A stretch of 64,000 bases of DNA from Octopus sinensis (taxonomy: Eukaryota): contig NC_043022.1 in the NCBI RefSeq assembly GCF_006345805.1, forward strand, positions 8,184,001-8,248,000. Reading direction: 5' to 3'. A model generated the notes under the pieces. That model saw nothing but the letters and a program-made list of their open reading frames with translations, made no database searches and had not been told where the DNA came from. The translations under genes and the position numbers were made by a program. Shown here piece by piece: positions 11,755 to 24,374 of this stretch. Position 1 is the first letter of the stretch, and every line of letters starts with the position of its first letter.

Positions 11755-12390
11755 TTGTGCCACTAGCACTTGTGAGGTTGCCATGCAGCTTACAAGACAA
11801 TGAACCCCAAGGGGGCAACATAACACTGGGAGATGAGAGAAATGGGCCAGAGCAGAGCAGGTTTCTTGCCCTAGAGGAGCTACATGAGAACTTATGTTTT
11901 AGAAGAAAGAGTAGGAGTGATTGGGTGGTAATGAGGTTAAACAGGATCTGGTAAGCTGCAAGGCTGCATTGGGACCTTCTGTATCAGCTTTGGTCTGATT
12001 TCTACCATCAAATACCTTTCCTAACACCAACCACTTTACAATGTTATACTAGGTGCATTTTATGCCACCACCACTTGTAAGGTTGCCATGAATCTAGCAA
12101 GACTATGGACCCTAAGGAGCCAACATTATACTAGGAAATGAGGTAAAGTATGAGAGAAAAGGGCCACGGCAAAACAGGTCTTTTGCTTTTGAGGAGCTAC
12201 AAGAGAATCGGCATTTTAGAAGAGAAGATGGACAGGATTAAGTGGAGCTGGAATATGATGAAAATAGTGTTGATGAGGTTTGGTAGGATCTGCTAAGCTG
12301 CAAGGCTGCATCGAGACCTCCAGTGTTGCTACTGCTGGATGCCCTTCCTAATGCCAACCAATTTACTGTGTGTACTAACTGCTCTTTTTT
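11755..12390. repeat. Two diverged ~310-bp tandem units of a family-D-related element
   Basis: cacttgt(g/a)aggttgccatg..gaggagctaca(t/a)gagaa..ggatctg(g/c)taagctgcaaggctgcat occurs twice (11755-12060, 12060-12390). Confidence 0.65.
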
Positions 12391-13672
12391 TTTTTAGTTC
12401 CAACAGAAAAGAACAAGAAAAGGGAAAAAGAAAAAAGCTCTTTTGACTAGGTGTAGGAAGTATTTCTAGCAGAAGGTGGCTTTTCTACTTAGCGTTTTTA
12501 ATACCTTCTGAAATGAATACGTTAGCACTTATTTAACTATATAATGTGTGAAGATAAGCTTAATAAACAAAGACACACAAGTATTAAACATCATTGGTTG
12601 GCAATGCCGTCTGGCAATGAATACTGCAAGCAGCAGAGTCCTACAGAGATGAGATACAATACCACAGTTCTTCCTTGGTAATCAAACTGATACCCTTATT
12701 ACGACCTAGCTGTATTCAACTCTATATGTAAATAAGTATTTTATTGAACAAAAAAAAAATTGAAAAGATACTTAAACAGAAAAATAAAAAAAAATAACAC
12801 CATACAAAGAACAATTTTAAAATGGTTCAATGAAGCTTCTAATATGTTTGTCTGCCAACAAACTAAATGCATTAAAAATATATTAATAGGAATTCGAAGA
12901 AGGCAAAAAGAGAGAGAAAGAGAGGGAGAAAGGAGGAGAAAGAAAGAAAGAGAGAGAGATGAATGAATAAAAAAACAACTTAGGAAAAATTTAATAATAT
13001 TTAAATGAATCATAATATTTTTCATTATAATTTATTTTTTATTTATTTAATATATTTTTCCCCAATATTTTAATGTTTTTATTTTTACTTATTTTTGCCT
13101 TTTTTTATTTATTTAATATTTTTTCCAATATTTTTATTTATACATATTTTACTTATTTATTTTTTATATTTTTGGTATATTATATTATACAGATCATGAA
13201 CCAGTTGCTGTATCTACGGTAAGTGCATCCATCCAAACTAATAATAATAATAATATATATATATATACAAACATATATATACATACATATACATATATAT
13301 ATCTATATCTATATATATACATACATATATATATGTATATATATATAAATATATAAAAATAAATAATTAAATAAATAATATATAATGAAAAGAAACAAAA
13401 TATTGAAGAAAAAACACAAAACAAAACCGCAAATATCGAAGAAAGAATTCTTGTTGAGTCATTATGCCATATAAAAACACACTTACATACTTTTACTCTA
13501 GAAGTACCTCTAACAACACAATTATACTATAAATATTCTTTGCATTTATTTTTGTTCATTATTTTTTGTTGAAGATTTTTGTTTAGTTAATTTTTGTCTT
13601 AGGATTTAAAAAAAAAAATTTTTTGTTGCTTTTTTGGGTTATATTTATTGTTGTTGTTATTTTTCTTTTATT

Positions 13673-13709
<37 letters not shown>

Positions 13710-14006
13710 TATTTTCGAGCACCAATTCTACAGTGCTATCTTGTCGTTACTGATTTTTGTAGTCATACATGGAGTATATAGTAAAGTTGGTAGCAACTGG
13801 AACTGTAAAAAAACTCTAAGTTCGTCTGAAGAGTCTGTTCGATTAATATGAGAGAAAAGTGGAAGAAAGAAAAAGAAATTGAAAAAGAATTACCAAGAAG
13901 TTACATACTCACACACACATACATACAGCTATACGTATATATATATATTTAGATGTAGATATATATATATAAATGCATTATTATACACACACATACATAT
14001 ATATAA

Positions 14007-14079
<73 letters not shown>

Positions 14080-14160
14080 TACATACACACACACACACAC
14101 ACCTATACCAATGTATACTGGCACGTGTCTGAATGCATGAATGCATATCTATCTATCTAT

Positions 14161-14217
<57 letters not shown>

Positions 14218-15289
14218 TGTACACACACACACGCACACACTCACACACACACACACATATATATATTGATAGATAGATAGAGAGATAGAAAAACAGATAG
14301 ATATAGATATACATATATGCATCCACACAAACATGAAAATGCTCACAGATACACATACAAAGACGTTTATATAAGGCATATTTTGAAACATAACAGATAA
14401 AGAAAGAAAATATAACGAAAAAATAGATGAAGCATAAAATTAAAAAAATGTAAAAACGTACAATGTAAAAGATAAGAGTAAAATAAAAAATGATTAAGGG
14501 AAAAACAAAAAATAACAGAAAAAAACAAGAAAAACAGTAAGAAACAAATGCAAAATGAAGCAAAAAATCCCACGCAAACAATAGAAATGTTTAGACGTTG
14601 AAGTGAGTTAAGAAATATAAAAATTCATATAAAAAAGGCAATAAGAAATAATTCCTGTGTGTATATTATGTTTGAGTTTGAATAAAATTGATAGTGTTAG
14701 TGAGGAATATATATCCCATTTAGTGTAGATGGCATATGGAAGAAGTCTCAAAAGGGTTTCTAAGTAGAATATAAAGACTTGAACAGTCAAAACAGACTTT
14801 CGGACTGGGGCAGGAAGAAAAGATAAGAAAGAAAAAAGTTTAAACAAAATCTTCCACTTTAATAGCAATATATAGAAGTAATTTATTCATTAATTTGTTT
14901 TCCTGCCTTTTAATTAATTTTTGTGTGTGTGTGTGTGTGTTTTATGTTCTTATAGAGTGAATTAATTGTTTCTACTATAAGCACAAGGCGTGACATTTTG
15001 AAGGAATGTAGCAAGTCGATTATATCAATACCAGTTTTCAACTGGTCCTTTTTTTTTATTTATTGATCCTGAAAGGATGAAAGGCAAAGTCAACCACAAT
15101 CGAATATGAACTCTGAATGTCTAGAGCCCACAGAAATACCGCTAAGCATTTTGTCCAATGGGCTAACAATTCTGCCAGCTTGCTGTCTTTTTAAATTCTC
15201 ATAGCGAATTAATTAAGAATTGATTAGCACAGCTTTTCTTTCTTTTCTTATTTATTTAAAAAAATTAATTATGCTTCATTATTATAATA

Positions 15290-15600
15290 AAGCTGTCACC
15301 CTGACAGCTGTATGAATATTCTGTATGATCATTATTGTGAAACTGAGGTTTATCATCTATTCTATGGATAACTACTTTGAACTCCTCTATCCTGATTATC
15401 AATTTACATTCATATCAATAAACATTGGTACACTTGGTTATTTTAATAAATGTCTAAGACACAAACCAGAGAAGCTAGTTATACCAAACAAAGTTCTTCA
15501 CATTGGTAAATTCCACATTAGCTGGTCTCTTTCTAAAGAAATCAGCAACCAAGAACTTTACAGATACAATCTATAAGTAGAACAGCAAAAATAGGCAAGG
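15290..15600 (+). mobile_element. Degenerate 3' fragment of the second RLE-type LINE family
   Basis: ELLYPDYQFTFISINIGTLGYFNKCL aligns with QLLYPEYKFTFIPKIIGALGFVSECL at 52700-52790. Confidence 0.6.
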
Positions 15601-15974
15601 CCTATTCTTAAATCTTTTTGTTATCATATTTCTGTTGAACCACATTGCTTTGGTTTCAATTAATTTTGAAAATAATAACGATTTGGTAAAATATCTTGGT
15701 CATGACTAAGCTGGTAATTGGAACATCATCATGAACTTCATCGTTTAACATCTGTTTTCCATGCTGGCATGGGTTGGACGGTTTGATAGGACCTGGCCCA
15801 CTGGGGAGATAGATAGATAGATAGATACACAGATATGTATATATGTATATATAAAGATAATCTGGAACTCGACTGAGGAAAGAAAACTCCGAATGACTCG
15901 TACTTGTTTTCTTTGTATCATCTATCTGGATGTTTTGCGTTCTTGTCCCATTTTGTATTTATTTATATATATAT

Positions 15975-16332
15975 ACGAGCAAAATGCCCCTGCCCCGTGC
16001 AATGGACAGTGCTGAGTTGTCAAACATTTCAAACAAATTTTCTCAAAACAACTTGTCCAACCGTCCCATAGGCCTCCCCTTTGAGAAACTTTGATTTAAC
16101 CTAAATTTGAGACACCGTGCATTTTTCTCGTGTACGCTAGTATCAATTGCAGTCTCGATCTGCTTTATCAATCGCATTCTCACCTGGAATCAATTTTTGT
16201 AATTTTTTCAAGACTTATACATGCCCTGATACCGTCGGTATGTACATATCAAATTTGAGCGCAATCGGATGGAGGATGCCCGAGATCCTAGAAGACAAAC
16301 ACAGACAGACAGAACGGATTTTATATAATAGA
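15975..16332 (-). mobile_element. Non-autonomous Helitron-like element
   Basis: Minus strand begins A|TCTATTATATAAAATCCGTTCTGTCTGTCTG and ends with a GC-rich hairpin remnant and GCTCG|T (degenerate CTAG). Confidence 0.55.
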
Positions 16333-16527
16333 TATACATACATATATGTATACATACATATATGTATACATACATATATGTATACATACATATATGTATA
16401 CATACATAGGTGCAAGAGTGCCTGTGTGGTAAGAAGCTTGCTTCCCAACCACATGGTCTGGGTTCAGGTTGACAAAAGCCTTGTGAGTGGATTGGGTAGA
16501 TAGAAACTGAAAGAAGCCCATCGAATA

Positions 16528-16559
<32 letters not shown>

Positions 16560-16562
16560 CAA

Positions 16563-16795
16563 ATATTTCTTTATTGCCCACAAGGGGCTAAACATAGAGG
16601 GGACAAACAAGGACACGTGAAGGGGTTAAGTCGATTACATCGACCCCAGTGCGTAACTGGTACTTATTTAATCGACCCCGAAAGGATGAAAGGCAAAGCC
16701 AGCCTCGGCGGAATTTGAACTCAGAATGTAATGGCAAACGAAATACCGCAAAGCATTTCATCCAGCATGCTAATGATTCTGCCAGCTCGCCTTTT
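16563..16795 (-). mobile_element. SINE family B, full length
   Basis: Reverse complement of the copies at 41077-41297 and 61017-61252. Confidence 0.85.
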
Positions 16796-16840
<45 letters not shown>

Positions 16841-17249
16841 TGAAATGCGTTTTTACCGCTTGGTTCGCTTTCAATGCCACTACATCCCGTCCGATTCGCT
16901 CCAAAATTTACAGGGACATGTACAATGAGGTGACGATGCGCGTGGGCTACCTTAGAAATCCCTATCTTAAAAGCTGTGGTTTCTAGGGGCCATCTTCCTA
17001 CCTCACCCTATTTCCTCCAGTACTCTGTCACTCCTCTTCATTTATAACTTTCAGAATGCCACTACGGTTATTTAAAGTATCTGTCACTATCGCTATTTCC
17101 TTTCTTTTTCACTGACTCTGTTTCCTACCTTCCTATCACTTCGGCGACGTTCTTTTCAGTAGATGACTGTCACCAACAAACAACACACGAGCATGAGAAC
17201 AAATATTATGAATCAGATATTCTTGCATTCATTTATATGTGTGTGTGTG

Positions 17250-17500
17250 TGTGTGTGTGTTCTATATATATATGTATATATAATGTATGTGTGTGTGTGT
17301 TCTATATATAGATATGTATATATAATGTATGTGTGTGTGTGTTCTATATATAAATATGTATATATAATGTATGTGTGTGTGTGTGTTCTATATATAAATA
17401 TGTATATATAATGTATGTGTGTGTGTGTGTGTGTTCTATATATAAATATGTATATATAATGTATGTGTGTGTGTTCTATATATAAATATGTATATATAAT
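17250..17500. repeat. Compound minisatellite, ~40-bp unit (ctatatataaatatgtatatataatgtat(gt)n), about six copies
   Basis: Visible directly; a single unit occurs at ~24075. Confidence 0.8.
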
Positions 17501-17643
17501 GTATATATACAAAGTGTATATATCTGTATTTATGTATATTAAACTTTTTCATAGTTATATATATTTTTAAACAAATTATAAATATAATTTCATAATTTTT
17601 ATTTTCAATTTAAATAATTTAAAGTTTTCAATTTTATATTTTA

Positions 17644-18653
17644 CTAGCAGTATCGCCCGCGTTGCTCGGGTTTGTAAGGGAAATAACTATATAAGCATTT
17701 TTAGTGAGTTATAGCAAAAAAATAGCAAAAAATGCATTAAAGATGGAATATAAAAATGATAGTAATTTCTTTTTTAAATCGTTGACTCATCGTAGACATT
17801 TTTACAGAGTTACTTCCCTTATATAATAGCGAAAAATGCATTAAAATGGAATTAAAAAATGATGGTAATTTTTTTTAATCGTTGACTCATCGTAGACATT
17901 TTAGAGAGTTACTTCCCTTATATAATAGCGAAAAATGCATTAAAATGGAATAAAAATGATGGTAAATTTTTTTTTAAATCGTAGACTCATCGTAGACGCG
18001 CGCTAATACCCAGAAGGGCTCGATATGAATCACGACTATAAGATACCCGGTTTTGGTTACACTGCACCGCAAAATGTGGGAGTAGTTAGGAATCTAAATC
18101 GTAGGAGACAGACACACAACTTCACTTTATATATAAAGATTTGTGCAACAACTAAAACATTCGGTTGTGCAAATTGTTTGCACAGGAAACCTGCCCTGTG
18201 TGGCGGTTTTTGCCGTTTTTGTGGATCTGTTTCAGCTTTTTTAGTGATTTCTGTTTGGCGACTTCAAGCCATGAAGTCGTTGTTCTAAAAGAACGCTGGT
18301 CTCCTTCACAACGCATTACGACGTTGATTTCCTTACACACCCTTCCCCACAGCTTCACGAGGGAGGGAAGAAGGGGGAGAAGCAACACAGGTGCAGGCGT
18401 GAGCGTGGACGCCAACTCCGCCGCCATCGACACACGAAAAAATATGCATTAAAATGGAATAAAAAATGATGTTAAATTATTTTTAAATCGTACACTCATC
18501 GTAGACGCGCGCTAATACCCAGACGGGCTCGATATGAATCACGACTATAAGATACCCGAATTTGGTTAAACTGCACCGCAAAATTTGGGAGTAGTTAGGA
18601 ATCTAAATCGAAGGGGACAGACACTCACACAACTACAGTTTTATATATATAGA
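17644..18653 (-). mobile_element. Non-autonomous Helitron with two 5' ends, nested in the 16828-19999 element
   Basis: Minus strand A|TCTATATATATAAAACTG (18653), internal A|TCTTTATATATAAAG (18139), 3' hairpin cccgagcaacgcggg and CTAG|T (17647-17644). Confidence 0.85.
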
Positions 18654-18793
18654 TATATTTTCTATGTTATATTTTCTTTTTTATGTTTTTGTTTTTGGTT
18701 TTTCACTGCTTGATTTGCCTATTAGTGGTTTTATCTCTAATTTAATTTATACAGATATATATCTCATTTGTATACATTTGTATATATAATGTG

Positions 18794-18833
<40 letters not shown>

Positions 18834-19654
18834 CACATATATATATGTGTGCATTACGTAGTCGGTCGATTCACCTGAAAATATGCACACCTATGTTAAA
18901 GGTGCTGACAAGTTTGCATCACAACTATTTTGTTCCTCAATGAAAGGCGTCACCTCTAGGACAAAATTCCTCATCTTATAAAATGTGGCCCCAGTACACC
19001 CGAATGAAATCGGGTTATATTAACCAAAATGTGAAAAGGGGTCTAAATGGGGCTGGAAGGGGATTAAAATTTCAAAGAGCGGGTGTTTAGGAATTCTCTG
19101 TTGCATCAAGCTAAAAAATTTGCGCCAGCCTTTTAATCGTCAATGTGTTGCCGTCCATGATAAAGAAGTTTTGAATGCTTGCCATGGTGAGTCTACTGTT
19201 GTGAGAAAGAATCACTTCAAAAATTGGTGTTTACGAATTTTCTTTTACATCAAGTTCAAAATTTTACGCCAGCCGTTAAACTGTCACTACGTTGCTGTCC
19301 GTCGTTAACAAATGCCAGCCATGGTGACTCTACTATCCTCAGATTCTATCCCTTCAAACTTTGGTTTCCAATATTTTATTATTTTTCTTCAGCTCGCAAG
19401 TTCGTCTGTCCCTTTTGAATGTTAGCGTTTTGCTGTCTGCCTTGAAGCAGACCTTTCCATTGCCACTGCCTCATATTTCTGATTGATCTTTCTAAATATT
19501 TTATTTCTCAACTTACTCAAGATCTTCTGTTGTTTATAAATGGGAGAGAGATAGATAAAGATAGAGAGTAAGAGAAAGCGAGGGAGAGTCAGAGAGAAAA
19601 GAAAAGTAAAAGAGTGGGAAAGTGAGAGAGAAAGGAGAGAGAAACAAATACGGA

Positions 19655-19930
19655 GAGAAACAAATACGGGTTGGGCAGTGTGACCGGGTCTCGGAAGCCA
19701 GGAGGCTGCACCAGGCTCCAGTCTGATCTGGCAGTGTTTCTACAGGTGGATGACCTTCCTAACGCCAACCACACTGTGAGTGTAGTGTGTGCTTTTTTCG
19801 TGCCGACGGCACTGGTGCCAGGGGGGCTCGCAGTGGCAACGATCGTTTGGTGCTTTTTACGTGCCACCAGCACAGAAGCAAGTCAAGGCGGTGCTGCAAT
19901 CGGCCACGTTCGGATGGTGCTTTTTACGTG
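19655..19930 (-). mobile_element. SINE-like family D copy nested in the Helitron
   Basis: ctgcaccaggctccagtctgat..ccttcctaacgccaaccac core shared with the other D copies. Confidence 0.7.
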
Positions 19931-19999
19931 CTGAAAGGAAGCAACAGAAAGTAACACCCACACTCTTACCCGCGTGTAGAGCGGGTCACCTTCAGCTAG

Positions 20000-20411
20000 T
20001 ATATATATAAAACTGAAATGCGTTTTTACCGCTTGGATCGCTTTCAATGCCACTACATCCCGTCTGATTCGCTCCAAAATTTACAGGGACATGTAGAATG
20101 AGGTGACGATGCTCGTGGGCTACCTTAGAAATCCCTATCTTAAAAGGTGTGGTTGCTAGGGGGCCATCTTCCTCACTCACCCTATTTCCTCCAGTACCCT
20201 CTCACTCCTCTTCATGTGACAATGCCACTACCGTTATTTAATGTAAAGTCTTCCTCAAATCACTCTCTCGCTATTTCCTCTCTTCCAAGAACATTTTCAC
20301 TCACTCTATCTCTTAGCTTCCTATACATTTTACTCATGTATCTATCTGTGTTCATAGACAGAAACAAATATTACATCACCATCGCCATCGCATTCTATTG
20401 TCTACCTGTCA

Positions 20412-20442
<31 letters not shown>

Positions 20443-23400
20443 TATATCTAATATTATATTTTTATTTTTATGTTTTTGTTTTTTTACTGTTTCATTTCCC
20501 TATTAGTGGTTTGATCTCTAATTTAATTTCTACAGCGTGCACACACACACATACACACACACCTATATGTGGCCCCAGTAGACCCGAATGAAATCGGGTT
20601 CTCTTCATCAAAATGTGAAAAGGGGTCTAGAATTATCATCGCCACAACTTATGTTTTTCCTAATGATAATTATCATCGCCACCACCAACACACAATCATG
20701 ACAATCTTTCTCTTAAAACAAATCATGTTTACATTGCAAAATATTTCCTTTTCCCGTCCTCTCTTTCATATATGTGACCCAGGTTTGGGTGGCCGCACAG
20801 CTACCATTAGACAACGGCTAAAAACATTCGATGTTGATAATGCCTGGATCGTTCCATTCAACCCTTTGCTTTCCAAAACATTTAATGCACACATTAATGT
20901 TGAGTACTGCAGTTCAGTGAGATGCATACAATACCTCTGCAAGTACATTAATAAGGGCGATGATATGGCCGTGTTTGTGTTCAGTGATGAAGACCTTAGA
21001 CATGACGAAATTAAACAATTCGTTTTGGGTAGGTATGTATCCTCCAATTATGCAGCGTGGCGCATTTTTGGATACGAGATTCATCTAAGCTCACCACAGT
21101 TTTCCACCTGAATGTTCATTTACAGAAGAGACAGCTGGTTTACTTCACAGAGAAAAATGCACGTCAAGTCATTGAAAATCCAAAAGGGACTACGCTTACA
21201 GCATTTTTTAAATTGTGTTCAGTTGATGAGTTTGCTGCTACTCTCATTTACCCTGAAGTACCGGAATATTACACATACAACAACAATAATTGGAAGCGCA
21301 GGTCACATGGAACAGAACTTGACAATTGGCCCGGTGTTTCTAGGAAGAACGTCATTGGGCGTGTGTATAATATCCATCCTACCAAACAGGAAATCTTTTT
21401 GAGAATGCTACTTCATGTAGTTACTGGACCGAAGTCTTTTGCTGATCTTCGCACGGTTGATGGTATCATCTGCGCCACTTACAGGGAAGCATGTTTGAGG
21501 CGCGGACTTCTTCTCAATGACGACCACTTACACAGGACATTAGCAGAGGCCTCAAATTGTAAACTGCCATGGCAAATGCGTCGAGTGTTTTGTAGCATAT
21601 TAATCCACTGTAATCCCAGCAACCCTCTTAACCTTTGGGATTCGTTCAGACAGAGCCTATCAAAGGACATACAGGCTAATTTAGCGCTACGTGATGGCAA
21701 CGACGATGTTTATAATGAGGCATTAATCGACATGGACAGACACATCAGACGCTATGTTATACGCGGTTTAAGTGAATTCCATCTGCCAACACCTGTCCAT
21801 CATGAAGCACCTTTGGATGTTGAATACATGTCAGAAAAAAACTACAACATTGCCAAATTGACGGAAACAATTACGCGAGATGAACCAAGACTTTTGCCTG
21901 AACAAAGAGAGATTTATAATGAAATTATTGACAGCGTTAGATTGAACCAAGGAAAGCTTTTCTTTTTGAATGCTCCAGGTGGTACTGGTAAAACTTTCGT
22001 TATCAATTTGATTCTCGCAAAGCTGCGCGCTGAACGTCGAATTGCCATTGCATGTGCCTCAAGTGGTATTGCAGTGACACAGCTTCAAGGCGGCCGTATG
22101 GCACATAGTGCATTCAAATTGCCCATGGACATTGGAAAGAAAGATAATCCTATATGTAATATAGATCGTAGTTCCTCAAGAGCAAGACTTCTTCGTGAAT
22201 GCAGTCTTTTTATTTGGGATGAGGCTACAATGAGTAATAAGGCCATGTTTGAGGCTCTTGACAGAACTCTCCAAGATTTGCGTCACAATACAAAAATAAT
22301 GGGTGGAGCTACGTTTCTCATGGCAGGAGATTTTCGACAAACTCTTCCTGTTGTCCGAGCAGGCACTAGAGCCGATGAGGTTAATGCATGTATAAAGCAT
22401 TCTTATGTGTGGCACAGTGTTATCAGTCGCCATCTTCAAACAAACATGAGAGTCCACCTACATGGTGATGTGGAGTCTGAGGCTTTCGCAAAACACCTAT
22501 TAGATCTTGGTGATGGAGTTTTGCCTTTCGTTGATGATGAGCATATTCGGTTGCCTTTTGGGAATTTCATTCCAAATGTAGAAGAACTTATAAGAGCCGT
22601 TTACCTGACGTCGAAACCAACTTCCAGGATCTCGATTGGCTAAGAGCAAGAGCTATTCTATCGCCTCATAATACAACAGCTCATGCTACAAATAAACAAG
22701 TACTTGATATGAATCCTGGTGAGATAGTTTCTTTCATGTCCATCGATACAAATAAAGATGAGAATGATGCAGTCAAATATCCACCCGAGCTACTCAACAA
22801 GCTAACACCTCCGGGACTTCCACCTCATCATTTGTGTTTGAAAGTTGGTGCTCCAATCATGGTGCTCAGAAATATGGAAACGCCTGAAATATGCAATGGA
22901 ACCCGAATGGTTATTAGGAGGATTCAAAGCCATGTTATAACTGCTGAAATTTTGAGTGGACCATTTGTAGGAACAATCAAAATGATACATAAAATGAGTA
23001 TTTCACCCTCTGATGTTCCCATTCAGTTTAAAACGCTTTCAATTTCCGATAAAACTATGCTTCGCGATGACAATCAACAAGTCACAGGGACAATCACTGG
23101 ACATTGTAGGCATTAACCTGTCACAACCGGTTTTCAGTCATGGTCAATTGTACGTAGCCTGTTCTCGAGTTGGAAATCCACATAAACTCTTCATTCTTGG
23201 CAATCATGAGCGCACAAGGAACGTGGTTTATCAGAGGCTCTGACAAAAGAAAACTGATTGTAAGTCATGAAATTTTGCTTGATTTTTTATTTTGCACCTC
23301 TTCATTATCTCTTCATTCTTGAAAATAAAGACATTAAAAAGAACATGGTTCATAAAGAACATTGGGTTCAGATGTTTTGCAAACATTTGATCCAACTCAT

Positions 23401-24130
23401 TCTCTTTATTCCTCATTTTCCGATTCCTTCTACGTCTCCATTAAACGGTTTTGTCAAGTTATTGTTTCTTCGCTAACATAAGACATTCATAAAGTGAATG
23501 AGTTGTTAATTACATTTTATACACTATTCCATTGTTTAGGTGGTGTCGAAAGGACTGGCATGTGTCACCATATAAACTCTCTCAGTCAAACTCCCAACTC
23601 ATGAGTTCACATCGTGATACTCTTTCTACAAAACTGAGCTGGGTGTGAATTCTAATTTCATTCACTATTACAGATTTTTTAATTTTTGAAACAAACACAT
23701 TGCCTCTTTCGTTTAAAACAATAAAACAATACTACCTTAATACATTGGTCCAACAAACAAACATCCAACACTCTCATTCTTTATGTATCTGTCTTCCTCC
23801 ATCACTCACTCACTTTTCTCCCTTCCTTTCACTTTCTATCTATAACGTCGTTTCACAGCGTCTACCTCCCTTACATTCACTTTCTCTTTATAACGTCGTT
23901 TCACAGCGTCCGTTATCCCCCCTCCCTGCCTTCCACAGCACTTTCACACACTCTCACTCTCTACGTCTGTCTGCATTCATAGAGAGAATTATCATCGCCA
24001 CAACCACCACTCAATCATGACAACAAATATGAATCAGATATTTATTGGGTTAATTTATATATGTGTGTGTGTATCTATATATAAATATGTATATATAATA
24101 ATTTTTATATATACAAAGTGCATATATCTG

Positions 24131-24194
<64 letters not shown>

Positions 24195-24258
24195 GTATAC
24201 ATTTATTATATATATATCACACTCTTACCCGCGCGTAGAGCGGATCACCTTCAGCTAG
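20000..24258 (+). mobile_element. Helitron with truncated, frameshifted Rep-helicase gene
   Basis: Same 5' head as 16828. 3' hairpin acccgc..gcggat (24227-24245) then CTAG (24255-24258) followed by T. Internal helicase pseudogene. Confidence 0.88.
20788..23243 (+). pseudogene. Helitron Rep-Hel pseudogene (PIF1-family SF1B helicase; HUH Rep part missing)
   Basis: DNAWIVPFNP..NAHINVEYCSS..YLCKYINKG; Walker A NAPGGTGKT; WDEA; GDFRQTLPV; LKVGAPIMVLRN; [34 protein letters not shown]. Frameshifts near 21100, 22600 and 23030. Confidence 0.93.
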
Positions 24259-24374
24259 TATATATATATATATATATATTAATTTTAATCCAAACGGAAA
24301 ACAGAAAAAACAACAACACGTGGAACAATTACAGTATTATTATTAATATGCGCTCAGGAAAGATGGAAGCAGGA

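Larger units (their letters stand above)
16828..19999 (+). mobile_element. Composite non-autonomous Helitron
   Basis: 5' tatataaaactgaaatgcgtttttaccgc head shared over ~230 bp with 20000-20240. 3' hairpin acccgc-gtgtaga-gcgggt (19968-19986) then CTAG (19996-19999) followed by T. Confidence 0.75.

Noticed and set aside
12430-12900. Unique-looking DNA with short open frames (e.g. MPSGNEYCKQQSPTEMRYNTTVLP)
   Set aside because: No recognisable homology and ambiguous splice signals; it cannot be called an exon from sequence alone.
15860-15960. CTGAGGA followed by ..ctccgaatgactcg as a hammerhead
   Set aside because: GAAA is not intact and stems I-III cannot be drawn convincingly; at most a decayed PLE terminus.
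23841-23910. 22-bp direct repeat tataacgtcgtttcacagcgtc (two copies)
   Set aside because: Ordinary short internal duplication within the Helitron 3' region; no independent feature.
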